Shown piece after piece: positions 9,527-19,893 of a DNA stretch of 64,000 nucleotides (position 1 is the first letter of the stretch; every line of letters starts with the position of its first letter). Position numbers and translations under genes: made by a program. Below the pieces are notes generated by a model. The model was not told the DNA's origin. It worked only from the letters and a program-made list of their open reading frames with translations, and ran no database searches. Origin of the DNA: Clostridia bacterium (GTDB taxonomy: Bacteria; Bacillota; Clostridia; Oscillospirales; Acutalibacteraceae); assembly GCA_017439545.1 (NCBI GenBank), contig JAFSIW010000048.1, positions 33,244 to 97,243 of the forward strand. Direction: 5' to 3'.

Positions 9527-10519
9527 ATGAAAATAGGTAATTTACAAATCGACGGCATTGCCGCGCTTGCTCCTATGGCGGGGGTTGCCGACCGTGCTTT
9601 TCGGGAACTGTGTATGGGCTACGGCGCCGCCTTTTGCGTAGGAGAACTCACCTCCGCCAAAGGCATTGTGCTGGGCAGTTACAAATCTCGTGAGTTGCTG
9701 GCGGTGGAACAAGCCGAGCGACCCATGGCTTCTCAATTATTCGGATGCGATCCCGACATCATGGCGAAGGCCGCGCGGGTGGCGATGGAATATCATCCCG
9801 ATTTTATTGACATCAATATGGGTTGCCCCGCCCCCAAAGTAATTGCCAGTGGTGGCGGTAGTGCTTTATTGAAAGATATCCCTTTAGCGGCAAGCATTGC
9901 AAAAGAAGTAAAACGGGCGGTAGACGTTCCCGTAACCGCCAAGATTCGGCTGGGATACGACCAAGACCATATTGTGGCGGTAGAGCTTGCCAAGACGTTG
10001 GAGCAGGCGGGTGTGGACGCCATTACGGTACACGCACGCACGCGAGAGCAAATGTATGCCCCCTCTGCCGATTGGCAACGCATTAAAGAGGTAAAGGATG
10101 CCGTCAGCATTCCCGTAATCGGCAACGGCGACGTGTACACCGCCGTGGATGCTGCCAAAATGCTGGAACAAACCGGCTGTGATATGGTTATGGTGGGCAG
10201 AGGCGCTATGGGCGCTCCTTGGATCTTTCAGCAGATCAACGCCTATTATAATGAGGGCGTTTTGCTCCCTGATCCCCCCCTTGCACAAAAAATGCTGGTG
10301 CTTATTAAACAATGCGAAATGATGTGCAAGTACAAAGACCCCTATCTTGCCATGCTGCAGATCCGCAAGCACGCCGCCTGGTACATTAAGGGGCTTCCCG
10401 GTGCGGCAAGATTCCGCAAAGCCTGCGGACAAATTGAAAGTATGGACGACCTGCAACGGCTTGCCGCTCAGGTGGTTATGGAATACGAAAATCACGCCAA
10501 GGAGGAAAACAAAATATGA
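9527..10519 (+). CDS. dusB: tRNA-dihydrouridine synthase
   Basis: LAPMAGVADRAFRELC, DINMGCPAPKV and TVHARTREQMY are Dus-family FMN-barrel motifs. Confidence 0.88.
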   Translation: MKIGNLQIDGIAALAPMAGVADRAFRELCMGYGAAFCVGELTSAKGIVLGSYKSRELLAVEQAERPMASQLFGCDPDIMAKAARVAMEYHPDFIDINMGCPAPKVIASGGGSALLKDIPLAASIAKEVKRAVDVPVTAKIRLGYDQDHIVAVELAKTLEQAGVDAITVHARTREQMYAPSADWQRIKEVKDAVSIPVIGNGDVYTAVDAAKMLEQTGCDMVMVGRGAMGAPWIFQQINAYYNEGVLLPDPPLAQKMLVLIKQCEMMCKYKDPYLAMLQIRKHAAWYIKGLPGAARFRKACGQIESMDDLQRLAAQVVMEYENHAKEENKI

Positions 10520-10974
10520 AAAAACTGATTTGCGTGGGGCTGATTCTGACCCTGCTGTTTACGTTGATGGGGTGCTCGTCCGACACCTTTACCCCCAATA
10601 GCACCTCATCCAAATTCAAGTTAAAAAAGGTATCCGGCATTACCCTGCACGGACCGGACGCTTCGGGGCAAAACGCAGAGGGGGTTGAAATCGCCATTGA
10701 GCAAAACAAAGGCACCGACTTCAACCGTCTGGTTACCATCATCGGCGGCAAAAAGCTGGACTCCTGCGACACAAAAAGTTTTGGGCTTTGCTACATTACT
10801 TTCACCTTTACTGAGGGAGACCCCACTAAGGTCTACCCCGCCAACGACGGTTCAAACTTCGTTTGCCTTTACTCGCTTAATCCTGCGGTGGGCAAATATC
10901 TGGAATTGCCCGAAGAGGATATGAAAGAACTGGTTCAGATCATTGAAAAGTATAAAATTCAGGTAGTTTATTAA
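10516..10974 (+). CDS. Lipoprotein of unknown function
   Basis: MKKLICVGLILTLLFTLMGCSSD has a lipobox (LMGC). Its ATG overlaps the dusB stop (ATGA), suggesting translational coupling. Confidence 0.7.
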   Translation: MKKLICVGLILTLLFTLMGCSSDTFTPNSTSSKFKLKKVSGITLHGPDASGQNAEGVEIAIEQNKGTDFNRLVTIIGGKKLDSCDTKSFGLCYITFTFTEGDPTKVYPANDGSNFVCLYSLNPAVGKYLELPEEDMKELVQIIEKYKIQVVY

Positions 10975-10984
10975 AAAAATGATG

Positions 10985-11021
10985 AAGAGTTGCATAAATC
11001 AATGCAACTCTTTGCTTTTTT
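10985..11021 (+). terminator. Rho-independent terminator after the dusB-lipoprotein unit
   Basis: Stem AAGAGTTGCAT / ATGCAACTCTT with a 6-nt loop, followed by TGCTTTTTT. Confidence 0.7.
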
Positions 11022-11096
11022 GCGGGAATAGTTGCAGGGGCAAGACCCATACTAATAAGGGAATGGAAAAATTTTCTCTTTTTTCCGTTTTTCCCC

Positions 11097-11124
11097 TTGA
11101 TTTTTTCCCGCACCCTGCTATAAT
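11097..11124 (+). promoter_or_regulatory. SigA-type promoter of groESL
   Basis: TTGATT (11097-11102), 16-nt spacer, TATAAT (11119-11124), immediately upstream of the CIRCE element. Confidence 0.7.
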
Positions 11125-11128
11125 GGTT

Positions 11129-11478
<350 letters not shown>

Positions 11479-11490
11479 TTGGAGGACTGA

Positions 11491-13122
<1,632 letters not shown>

Positions 13123-13140
13123 TTCCAAAGCAAAGGAAAA

Positions 13141-13173
13141 TCCGTAAGACCGATCGGTCTTACGGATTTTTTT
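13141..13173. terminator. Bidirectional rho-independent terminator (groEL / 252-aa gene)
   Basis: Perfect 26-nt palindrome TCCGTAAGACCGATCGGTCTTACGGA, flanked by an A-run on the left and TTTTTTT on the right. It lies between convergent genes. Confidence 0.85.
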
Positions 13174-13192
13174 AATACGACGAATGGATTCA

Positions 13193-13951
13193 CTATGACA
13201 ACGAAGGAATGGCATCGGTGGTAGGACCTGCCGTAATATCGCCACCCACCCCGCTGAGGGTTACATTCCATTCTTGTACCACAGCGGTTTGTGCCGTGGT
13301 GCCCGCAAAGCGAGATGCGGTTTCACATTGAATGGCATCCACCAAAAAGTCGGTTGTTAGGTTAAAGGTGCGATTAGTACTTTGCACATTGTATATTTTA
13401 GTCGTTCCGTTCCAAACATCGAAGGCACTGAACATGGTAGTGGTTTTGGCACCTGCCGCCAAGGGTTTACGATAATACAGCACCGTATAGGAAACCGAAC
13501 CGCTTCCTACTGTTTCGGTAATGGTGGTTTCCAGCCAATCTGCCGAGCGGACGGTATAGTTATAGTCCGCCTTGGAAGTAGTGCCGTCATCATTGGCATA
13601 GGTGGCATTTTGGGCGCCTTTTACCGGCGCTCTCGCCAGCACTTGGCGAGTCGTTCCTAAGGCACCGCCCGTTGCGATCCAGTTGTTCGCCTCTTGGTTG
13701 ACCCAGTTAACTGCCACAACCACCCGCACGTAGGCGGGCATGTTGCCGTTGTTTTGTACGTAGGCATTGACAGCACTGCCGCTGCCGCCCACCACAACGT
13801 CGATATTATTACTTTGTAACGTGGTAAGATCAGTACCGACAGAATGAATGAGATAAGCACTGGTTTCTCCCACAAAAGAGAAGGACAACACCCCGCAAAG
13901 CAAGGAGACGATCAAGATCCGTTTGATCAGAGAAAAAATCTTATTGTTCAT
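13193..13951 (-). CDS. Secreted TasA/camelysin-like protein with SipW-type signal peptide
   Basis: MNNKIFSLIKRILIVSLLCGVLSFSFVGETSAYLIHSV... A hydrophobic core is followed by the T-x-AY[LF]-type junction typical of SipW-dependent signal peptides, then VQNNGNMPAYVRVVV. It starts 12 nt downstream of the 459-aa gene, so the two are probably an operon. Confidence 0.65.
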   Translation of the reverse strand: MNNKIFSLIKRILIVSLLCGVLSFSFVGETSAYLIHSVGTDLTTLQSNNIDVVVGGSGSAVNAYVQNNGNMPAYVRVVVAVNWVNQEANNWIATGGALGTTRQVLARAPVKGAQNATYANDDGTTSKADYNYTVRSADWLETTITETVGSGSVSYTVLYYRKPLAAGAKTTTMFSAFDVWNGTTKIYNVQSTNRTFNLTTDFLVDAIQCETASRFAGTTAQTAVVQEWNVTLSGVGGDITAGPTTDAIPSLS

Positions 13952-13963
13952 GATTTCTTCCCC

Positions 13964-15343
13964 CTAACCAACAAAACTACCATGGGTAGTATCGCTTAAC
14001 CATTGAGTTTGCTGACGGCGAATATCCGTGGACTTGTTACCACCGCCACCGGCCGCCACCGGGCTTGACGGGAAGGAAATACTACCGGTATGAGACGCGT
14101 TGCTCGCCTCGTATCGTTTCCATCGCCACATGTAACGGTCCAAACAGCCGTAAGAATAATCGTTTGTGGACGTGCTCCTGTCGCCCCAATCCAATCCTAT
14201 TACACGATAGCCGTCAAAATCTGCCCACGCAGGAAACACAACCTTCGTGGTCTGGTTCCACCGGTTTTCTCCCACCATCGCCATCAGAGTCGCCTGTTGC
14301 GATTCCGGATTATTATTATTGGCTCCTTCGGTGTAACTGACACCGGCAGAATTCCTCCACGAAAAACCGGGATGAAAGTTGTCTTTTTCGGTATAAGCCA
14401 CGATCTTACCAAACCAAATCTTGGGCGTTTTGCCGGAATTATACTGGGTTTTGTCAGAAGTAGGGGTCATATAACGGAACGTAATCGTATCAATGTGGTT
14501 AATGTTCAAATTGGCAAAACCACTGCCACCGGTAGATAAATTCCTTAGATCCCAACGGATTCTATGGCTGGTATTGATCTTTCCGTCCGAATCCGGTTTC
14601 AGTTTACTAAAATCCAAATTATATTCAAATCCGTCGTTTTTACTGATGGCAGAATCACACAGTACTATATTCAGTTGCCCCGGTGTGCGAATCGTATAGT
14701 CGGAAGAAAGCCAAAAGTCGATATACAAATGGGTGTATTTTGTCAAATCAACATATTTCTTCAAATTGATTTGTAGGTTGTAGTAATAATCATATGCCGC
14801 GTCGCCGCCCACTCCGGGAAAATTATCATCTCCGGGGGTAGGATCCACCATTTGAACACCAATCATACGGGTCACTCCCCAGTGATCCAGCACCAGTTGT
14901 TCACTATCAGAGGCTACGGTTCCGTTGGTGGAAAAGTCTCCTTCTTTATACCGAACATACACATCCAAATCGTTATAATCGATTGTATTGTTTTGTGCCT
15001 TGAAATCAAAAGACCCGGGTGTACCACCGGTAACAGAATCAGCCGAGCAGCGATTCCCGCTATAGTTCCAATAATCGTAGGTGCCATCATTGTTTGTGTC
15101 CTGTGGCAACCAGTCTTTAACGAGCGATGAGGAAAACAGGATCATTGACTGAGGATCAGTTTCGTCATAAGTCATAAAAGGCGGATCTTCTATATAAGTA
15201 TAACTGGAACCATCAGGCAAGGTCGTTGTAACCTGATCGCCCACAGCCGCCTGTACAGTCTGCTGCAACGGTGTTCGGGGAGCGACCACCGCTACAAATA
15301 CCATTATTAAACAAAGGAGCAAAGAAAGAAGTTGTTTTTTCAT
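13964..15343 (-). CDS. Secreted protein of unknown function with a CBM-like domain (paralogue of 270-1442)
   Basis: Signal peptide MKKQLLSLLLCLIMVFVAVVAP... and a GGAGGGAA RBS. It shares DLTKYTHLYIDFWL, KPDSDGKINTSH and ITFRYMT blocks with the 395-aa ORF and with the repeat modules at 50568-52649. Confidence 0.7.
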   Translation of the reverse strand: MKKQLLSLLLCLIMVFVAVVAPRTPLQQTVQAAVGDQVTTTLPDGSSYTYIEDPPFMTYDETDPQSMILFSSSLVKDWLPQDTNNDGTYDYWNYSGNRCSADSVTGGTPGSFDFKAQNNTIDYNDLDVYVRYKEGDFSTNGTVASDSEQLVLDHWGVTRMIGVQMVDPTPGDDNFPGVGGDAAYDYYYNLQINLKKYVDLTKYTHLYIDFWLSSDYTIRTPGQLNIVLCDSAISKNDGFEYNLDFSKLKPDSDGKINTSHRIRWDLRNLSTGGSGFANLNINHIDTITFRYMTPTSDKTQYNSGKTPKIWFGKIVAYTEKDNFHPGFSWRNSAGVSYTEGANNNNPESQQATLMAMVGENRWNQTTKVVFPAWADFDGYRVIGLDWGDRSTSTNDYSYGCLDRYMWRWKRYEASNASHTGSISFPSSPVAAGGGGNKSTDIRRQQTQWLSDTTHGSFVG

Positions 15344-15548
15344 TCTATTTCATTCCCTCCACTAAGTCTTACACATATTTTATTATAGCAAAAACCGCCA
15401 AAAAATCAAGCGGTTTGATCGAAAAAATCGAAATTATGAACCACTTTTTTCAAAACATTTTTTTGTTGAACCGACTTTGGCTTCTTTTACAAAAATAACC
15501 ACCGCAAGAGAACGATATCTTGCGATGGTTATTTTTAATTATCACAGT

Positions 15549-16868
15549 TTAATGATACTTCGGCAGATAATCGCCGTGGGCTTCGATCAGATCGTCCACC
15601 ATTTTTACAATGGTGTCAATATCCAACTCGCTACCGGTATGAGGATCCAGCATAGCCGCTTGATAAATGTGCTCCTTTTTGCGGGTGCGGGCAGCCTCAA
15701 TGGTAAGCAACTGCACGTTTACGTTGGTCATATTCATCGCGGCGCACTGCACGGGCAAAGCCCCCACGTGGCAGGGGTGCACCCCGTAGCCGTTCACAAG
15801 ACAAGGTACTTCTACGCAAGCGTCTTCGGGCAAGTTGGTAATAAGATGTCCTTTATTCAGCACGTTACCGCCGATCTGCATGGGACGACCGGTCACCACC
15901 GACTCCATAATATGAGAGGCGTATTCGTGGGTACGGTGATGCTCTTTTACGCCGTCTTTCAGCAGTTGTTCATATTCGTTTTTCCAGCCCTCGATCTGGG
16001 CAATGCACCGACGGGGGTATTCGTCCAGCGGGATATTGAATTTTTCAATGAGTTCGGGGTATTTGCTCTTGATATAGAACATATTATACTCGGCATTATG
16101 CTCGCTGGATTCGGTGCAATAATAGCCGAACCGACGAACGTAATCAAATCGCACCTTGTTATCGCAATTGGGATCGGCGATTTTTTCGTCCATTTTGGCT
16201 TTAATAGCAGGATACAGGTCGTTGCCGTCTTTATCCTTCAGTTCCAACAGCCAAGCCATATGGTTGATACCGGCAATCAGTTCTTTGCGACCTTCAATTT
16301 TATCTTCCATTCCCAACTGACGGAGCAGATCTTCGGAGCAAACCTGCACGCTGTGGCACAAGCCTACCGTTTGAATGGCGGTATACCGTTGCATATATCC
16401 GCTGAGAATTGCCATAGGATTGGTGTAGTTTAAAAACAGCGCATCGGGGCAGACCTCTTCCATATCGGCGGCAAAATCCGCCATCACGGGAATGGTGCGC
16501 AGTCCCCGCATAATGCCCCCAATGCCAAGGGTGTCGGCAATGGTTTGGCGCAGACCGTATTTTTTAGGAACCTCAAAGTCAATGATGGTGCAAGGATCAT
16601 AAAGCCCAACCTGAATGGCGTTGACCACAAAGTTTGCGCCCCGCAAGGCTTCTTTGCGGTTTTCCACCCCCAGATAGCACTCAATTTTGCCGTAGCCACC
16701 CATGGTCTGACGCATAGCCTCTAAAATGGTGCGGCTTTCTTCCAGACGCTGACCGTCAATATCATACAAAGCAAACACGCTGTCACGCAAAGCTTCACTG
16801 CACAAGCAGTCGCCGATTACGTTGCGGGCGAATACGGTACTGCCCGCTCCCATAAAGGTAATTTTCAT
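15549..16868 (-). CDS. GH4-family NAD(+)/Mn-dependent alpha-glycosidase (alpha-galactosidase / alpha-glucosidase / alpha-galacturonidase type)
   Basis: MKITFMGAGSTVFARNVIGDC (Rossmann-type N-terminus), PKKYGLRQTIADTLGIGG, LNYTNPMA and VGLCHSVQ are classical GH4 (MelA/AglA/LplD) blocks. Confidence 0.88.
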   Translation of the reverse strand: MKITFMGAGSTVFARNVIGDCLCSEALRDSVFALYDIDGQRLEESRTILEAMRQTMGGYGKIECYLGVENRKEALRGANFVVNAIQVGLYDPCTIIDFEVPKKYGLRQTIADTLGIGGIMRGLRTIPVMADFAADMEEVCPDALFLNYTNPMAILSGYMQRYTAIQTVGLCHSVQVCSEDLLRQLGMEDKIEGRKELIAGINHMAWLLELKDKDGNDLYPAIKAKMDEKIADPNCDNKVRFDYVRRFGYYCTESSEHNAEYNMFYIKSKYPELIEKFNIPLDEYPRRCIAQIEGWKNEYEQLLKDGVKEHHRTHEYASHIMESVVTGRPMQIGGNVLNKGHLITNLPEDACVEVPCLVNGYGVHPCHVGALPVQCAAMNMTNVNVQLLTIEAARTRKKEHIYQAAMLDPHTGSELDIDTIVKMVDDLIEAHGDYLPKYH

Positions 16869-16977
16869 TTGTCACCACTCCTTTTTTGTCATTATAACAA
16901 ACAAATCCCTGCAAAACAATGGTTTTTTGTTTGCAAAACTTGTCATAATGTTGTATAATGAGCAAGAGGTGACAGAG

Positions 16978-17745
16978 ATGATACACACAGAACTGATTCC
17001 CAACAAGGGATATTTAGGACTAAACCCCGTAGATTTTGGGTTTGAAACCTGCCAACCGGAACACAGTTTCGGTCCTGCGGTGCGCACCTATTGGCTGTTG
17101 CATTTTGTGGTACGGGGTCGGGGCATTTTTGAACGGGACGGCGTGACCCATCACCTGCAGGCGGGAGATTTGTTTGTGATTCCGCCTTTTCGCAAAACCT
17201 TTTACAAGGCGGATAAGGATGACCCGTGGGAGTACACCTGGATCTCCTTTACCTCTTGTGAGGATCTGCCCGAATTATTAGGTCAATCGGTCATTCATTT
17301 GCCTGCGGCGGGACGCATCTTTCACGAAATGAAGCGCTGTCAGCAGTTGGGGAACGGAAAAACTGCTTTTATTTGCGGCAAATTATGGGAACTGTTCAGT
17401 CTGTTTTGGGAGCAAGAAACACCTGCCACCGATTACGTGGAAAATGCGTTGCATCTGATCCACACCGAATATATGTACGACCTGTCGGTGGAAAGCATTG
17501 CCCATCGTCTGGGATTGGACCGCAGTTATTTTTATTCTCTGTTCAAAAACAAATTGGGAGTATCGCCCCAGCAGTATCTGATACGGTATCGGATGGAGCA
17601 GGCAGCGGTATTGATGACCGCAGGCGGCCGTTCCCCTACCCTTGCCGCCAACAGCGTGGGCTACAAGGATATTTACACCTTCTCGAAAATGTTCAAAAGG
17701 GTGTATGGAGTATCCCCCAGAGAGTATATTCAAATTAACCGATAA
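16978..17745 (+). CDS. AraC-family transcriptional regulator, divergent from the GH4 gene
   Basis: It has a cupin-like N-terminus (YWLLHFVVRGRGIF) and a C-terminal AraC HTH (SVESIAHRLGLDRSYFYSLFK...GYKDIYTFSKMFKRVYGVSPREY). ATG 16978 follows an AGAGGTG RBS. The track start at 16822 runs into the neighbouring gene. Confidence 0.85.
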   Translation: MIHTELIPNKGYLGLNPVDFGFETCQPEHSFGPAVRTYWLLHFVVRGRGIFERDGVTHHLQAGDLFVIPPFRKTFYKADKDDPWEYTWISFTSCEDLPELLGQSVIHLPAAGRIFHEMKRCQQLGNGKTAFICGKLWELFSLFWEQETPATDYVENALHLIHTEYMYDLSVESIAHRLGLDRSYFYSLFKNKLGVSPQQYLIRYRMEQAAVLMTAGGRSPTLAANSVGYKDIYTFSKMFKRVYGVSPREYIQINR

Positions 17746-17761
17746 ACAAAGCCTATCGCTT

Positions 17762-17797
17762 TGCCCAAGTGTTCTAAAGGACACTTGGGCAGTTTTA
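17762..17797 (+). terminator. Rho-independent terminator after the AraC gene
   Basis: Stem TGCCCAAGTG / CACTTGGGCA with a 10-nt loop, followed by GTTTTATT. Confidence 0.65.
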
Positions 17798-17848
17798 TTC
17801 GCCTTTTCACCCCACAAAAGCCACGGTTTTGTGGGGACCCCGAAGGCG

Positions 17849-18035
17849 AGTGATATTGCTTTGCAGTGATATTTGAACTAAAGTTCAAGTGATATTGCCT
17901 TCGGCAGTTTTTGGCGAATAAAATATCACTGAAATCGTAAGATTTCAATATCACTTTCTTTTGAAAATATCTCGCCACAGGCGAGGTTTTTTCAAAAGAA
18001 AATATCACTCTGTGCGTTTAGCACAGAATATCACT
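17849..18035. repeat. Convergent array of the 9-mer AGTGATATT with hairpin-forming spacers
   Basis: AGTGATATT occurs at 17849, 17865 and 17888 on the + strand. Its complement AATATCACT occurs at 17922, 17947, 18001 and 18027, with a 7/9 copy at 17966. The spacers are themselves palindromes: TGAAC-TAAA-GTTCA, GAAATC-GTAA-GATTTC, CTGTGC-GTTTA-GCACAG, and TTCTTTTGAAAA...CTCGCC-ACA-GGCGAG...TTTTCAAAAGAA. Confidence 0.8.
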
Positions 18036-18191
18036 ATATAAAAATTACCACCCGAAAAAGAGTTTAATTTTCTCTTCTTCGGGTAGTTTTGTCTTATACT
18101 GTTGCAAGCAGGAAATTTGTGTGCCAAATTTCATTTTTATTAAAGAAGACTTTCCTTAGCAACCCCGCTCATTTGCGATAGGCTTTTTGCG

Positions 18192-18890
18192 TTATTCTTC
18201 AATCAGTTCCTCCACCACGGCGGCGGCCATCATCAGCCCTGCGGCGGCAGGAACGAAAATCATGCTGGCAGGCGGGGTTCTTCCCTGCTCATCGGTGATG
18301 GGCTTGCGGGGGATTTCGGGGGAATACACCACCTTGCATTTGGTGATTCCCCGTGCTTTCAGTTCCCGTCGCATCACCCGACAAAGGGGGCAGGTGTCGG
18401 TTTTATACAGGTCGGTCACCTTTAAGCGAGAGGGGTCTAATTTATTGCCGCACCCCATAGCGGCGATAAAAGGAATCCCCTTTTCTTTGGCAATCTGCGC
18501 CAAGCGGATCTTGGCAGACACATTGTCAATGGCGTCTACGATATAATCGCAGTCGTCAAACAGATGTTCGTCGGTATCGGCGGTGAGAAAGATGGTTTTA
18601 GCTTCTACCTGAACCGCAGGGTCAATATCGGCAATGCGGGACTGCATCACCTTGGTTTTTTCCTGCCCCACGGTGGAACGAAGAGCAAGAATCTGCCGAT
18701 TGCAGTTGGAGATGGATATGGTATCGCTGTCAATGAGAAGCAAACTGCCTACCCCCGAGCGTGCCAAGGCCTCGGCAGTATAAGAGCCTACTCCCCCAAT
18801 GCCGCAAATGGCTACGCGGCTGTTTTGAAGTTTTTGCAGCGCCGCTTCGCCAATGAGCATGGCGGTACGCTCGTGGATGGTATTTTGCAT
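18192..18890 (-). CDS. tcdA: tRNA threonylcarbamoyladenosine (t6A) dehydratase, ThiF/E1-like
   Basis: VAICGIGGVGSYTAEALARSGVGSLLLIDSDTISISNCNRQ and YIVDAIDNVSAK closely parallel E. coli TcdA (CsdL/YgdL). Confidence 0.85.
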   Translation of the reverse strand: MQNTIHERTAMLIGEAALQKLQNSRVAICGIGGVGSYTAEALARSGVGSLLLIDSDTISISNCNRQILALRSTVGQEKTKVMQSRIADIDPAVQVEAKTIFLTADTDEHLFDDCDYIVDAIDNVSAKIRLAQIAKEKGIPFIAAMGCGNKLDPSRLKVTDLYKTDTCPLCRVMRRELKARGITKCKVVYSPEIPRKPITDEQGRTPPASMIFVPAAAGLMMAAAVVEELIEE

Positions 18891-18973
18891 CGATCATCGC
18901 TCCTTTCACCGCTTTGCAGTATAACACATTCTAAGAAGGGTTGCAACCAACCGAACACAGATTACGATGGATT

Positions 18974-19774
18974 TTATTTTGTTTTTCGTTGGTTGACGTA
19001 TTCTTTGGGCGTAACACCAAAGGCTTGGGTGAACTTTTTTATAAAATAACTTTCATCTCCATAACCGCAAGCTCGTGCTACACTTTTCACATTCTGGCCC
19101 TGCTCCAACATGGTCTTCGCATTGTTAATACGAATAAGCAACCGATATTCCCCCACTGTCATACCGGTATACCGTTTGAAATCAGCCACCAATTTGGCTC
19201 GGCTGATAAAATACTGCTCGGCCAGTTCCTCCAGGGTGATATTTAGGTGAAACTGTTGGGCCAATTGTTGCATCACTTTATGAATATAGGTGTTTTTGGA
19301 CGGGAAATACTCTTGGGACGGCGTATACCAACAAGACAATTCATATAAGATCCATTGCGTCAAATACTTTCTTGCTTTTGGTTGTGTGTGATAATGCAAC
19401 CGTTCAAAATAACCAAGCAAAACCGCTTTTTGATCACTGTTCAAAGGAATGACCGTTAAATGGTCCTGCTTAAAAAAAGAAATCGCTTGTGAAAAAAAGA
19501 TATCCTCTGTTTCAAAATCCTCAAAAAACAGTTTATAGCGATCGTAAATCTCATGATCCAGCGAGCCACCGCTATGAATACTGTAACTGCCAAAAATAAC
19601 TACTGCCGGTCCTTGCACTTCCACCGTTTCGGTGTTGCAACGCGCCGTCATAATGCCGTCCACCAGAAAAAACAACTCATTTTTGTTATGAAGATGCCCA
19701 TCATTCATGGGTGTAATGTAGGAGATGGTGCGATGCACTCCCTCTGCCGGTTGAAAAATATCCGTTTGTTTCAC
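18974..19774 (-). CDS. AraC-family transcriptional regulator
   Basis: C-terminal HTH: ITLEELAEQYFISRAKLVADFKRYTGMTVGEYRLLIRINNAKTML...CGYGDESYFIKKFTQAFGVTPKEY. It is divergent from the URO-D-like gene. Confidence 0.85.
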   Translation of the reverse strand: MKQTDIFQPAEGVHRTISYITPMNDGHLHNKNELFFLVDGIMTARCNTETVEVQGPAVVIFGSYSIHSGGSLDHEIYDRYKLFFEDFETEDIFFSQAISFFKQDHLTVIPLNSDQKAVLLGYFERLHYHTQPKARKYLTQWILYELSCWYTPSQEYFPSKNTYIHKVMQQLAQQFHLNITLEELAEQYFISRAKLVADFKRYTGMTVGEYRLLIRINNAKTMLEQGQNVKSVARACGYGDESYFIKKFTQAFGVTPKEYVNQRKTK

Positions 19775-19893
19775 AAAATCGCCATCCTTTTTTCAGATTT
19801 TAGCAATTCCTCGTATTATTGTCAAGGAAAAATAGTCCACCGTCTTATAGAATTATGATAAAATTTTTTCAAAAGACTGCGAGGTGTTCTCCC

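Noticed and set aside
17849-18035. The possibility that the 9-mer array is a CRISPR array.
   Set aside because: The repeats are only 9 nt. The spacers are 7-45 nt and are themselves palindromic. Orientation inverts mid-array. There are no cas genes and no leader.
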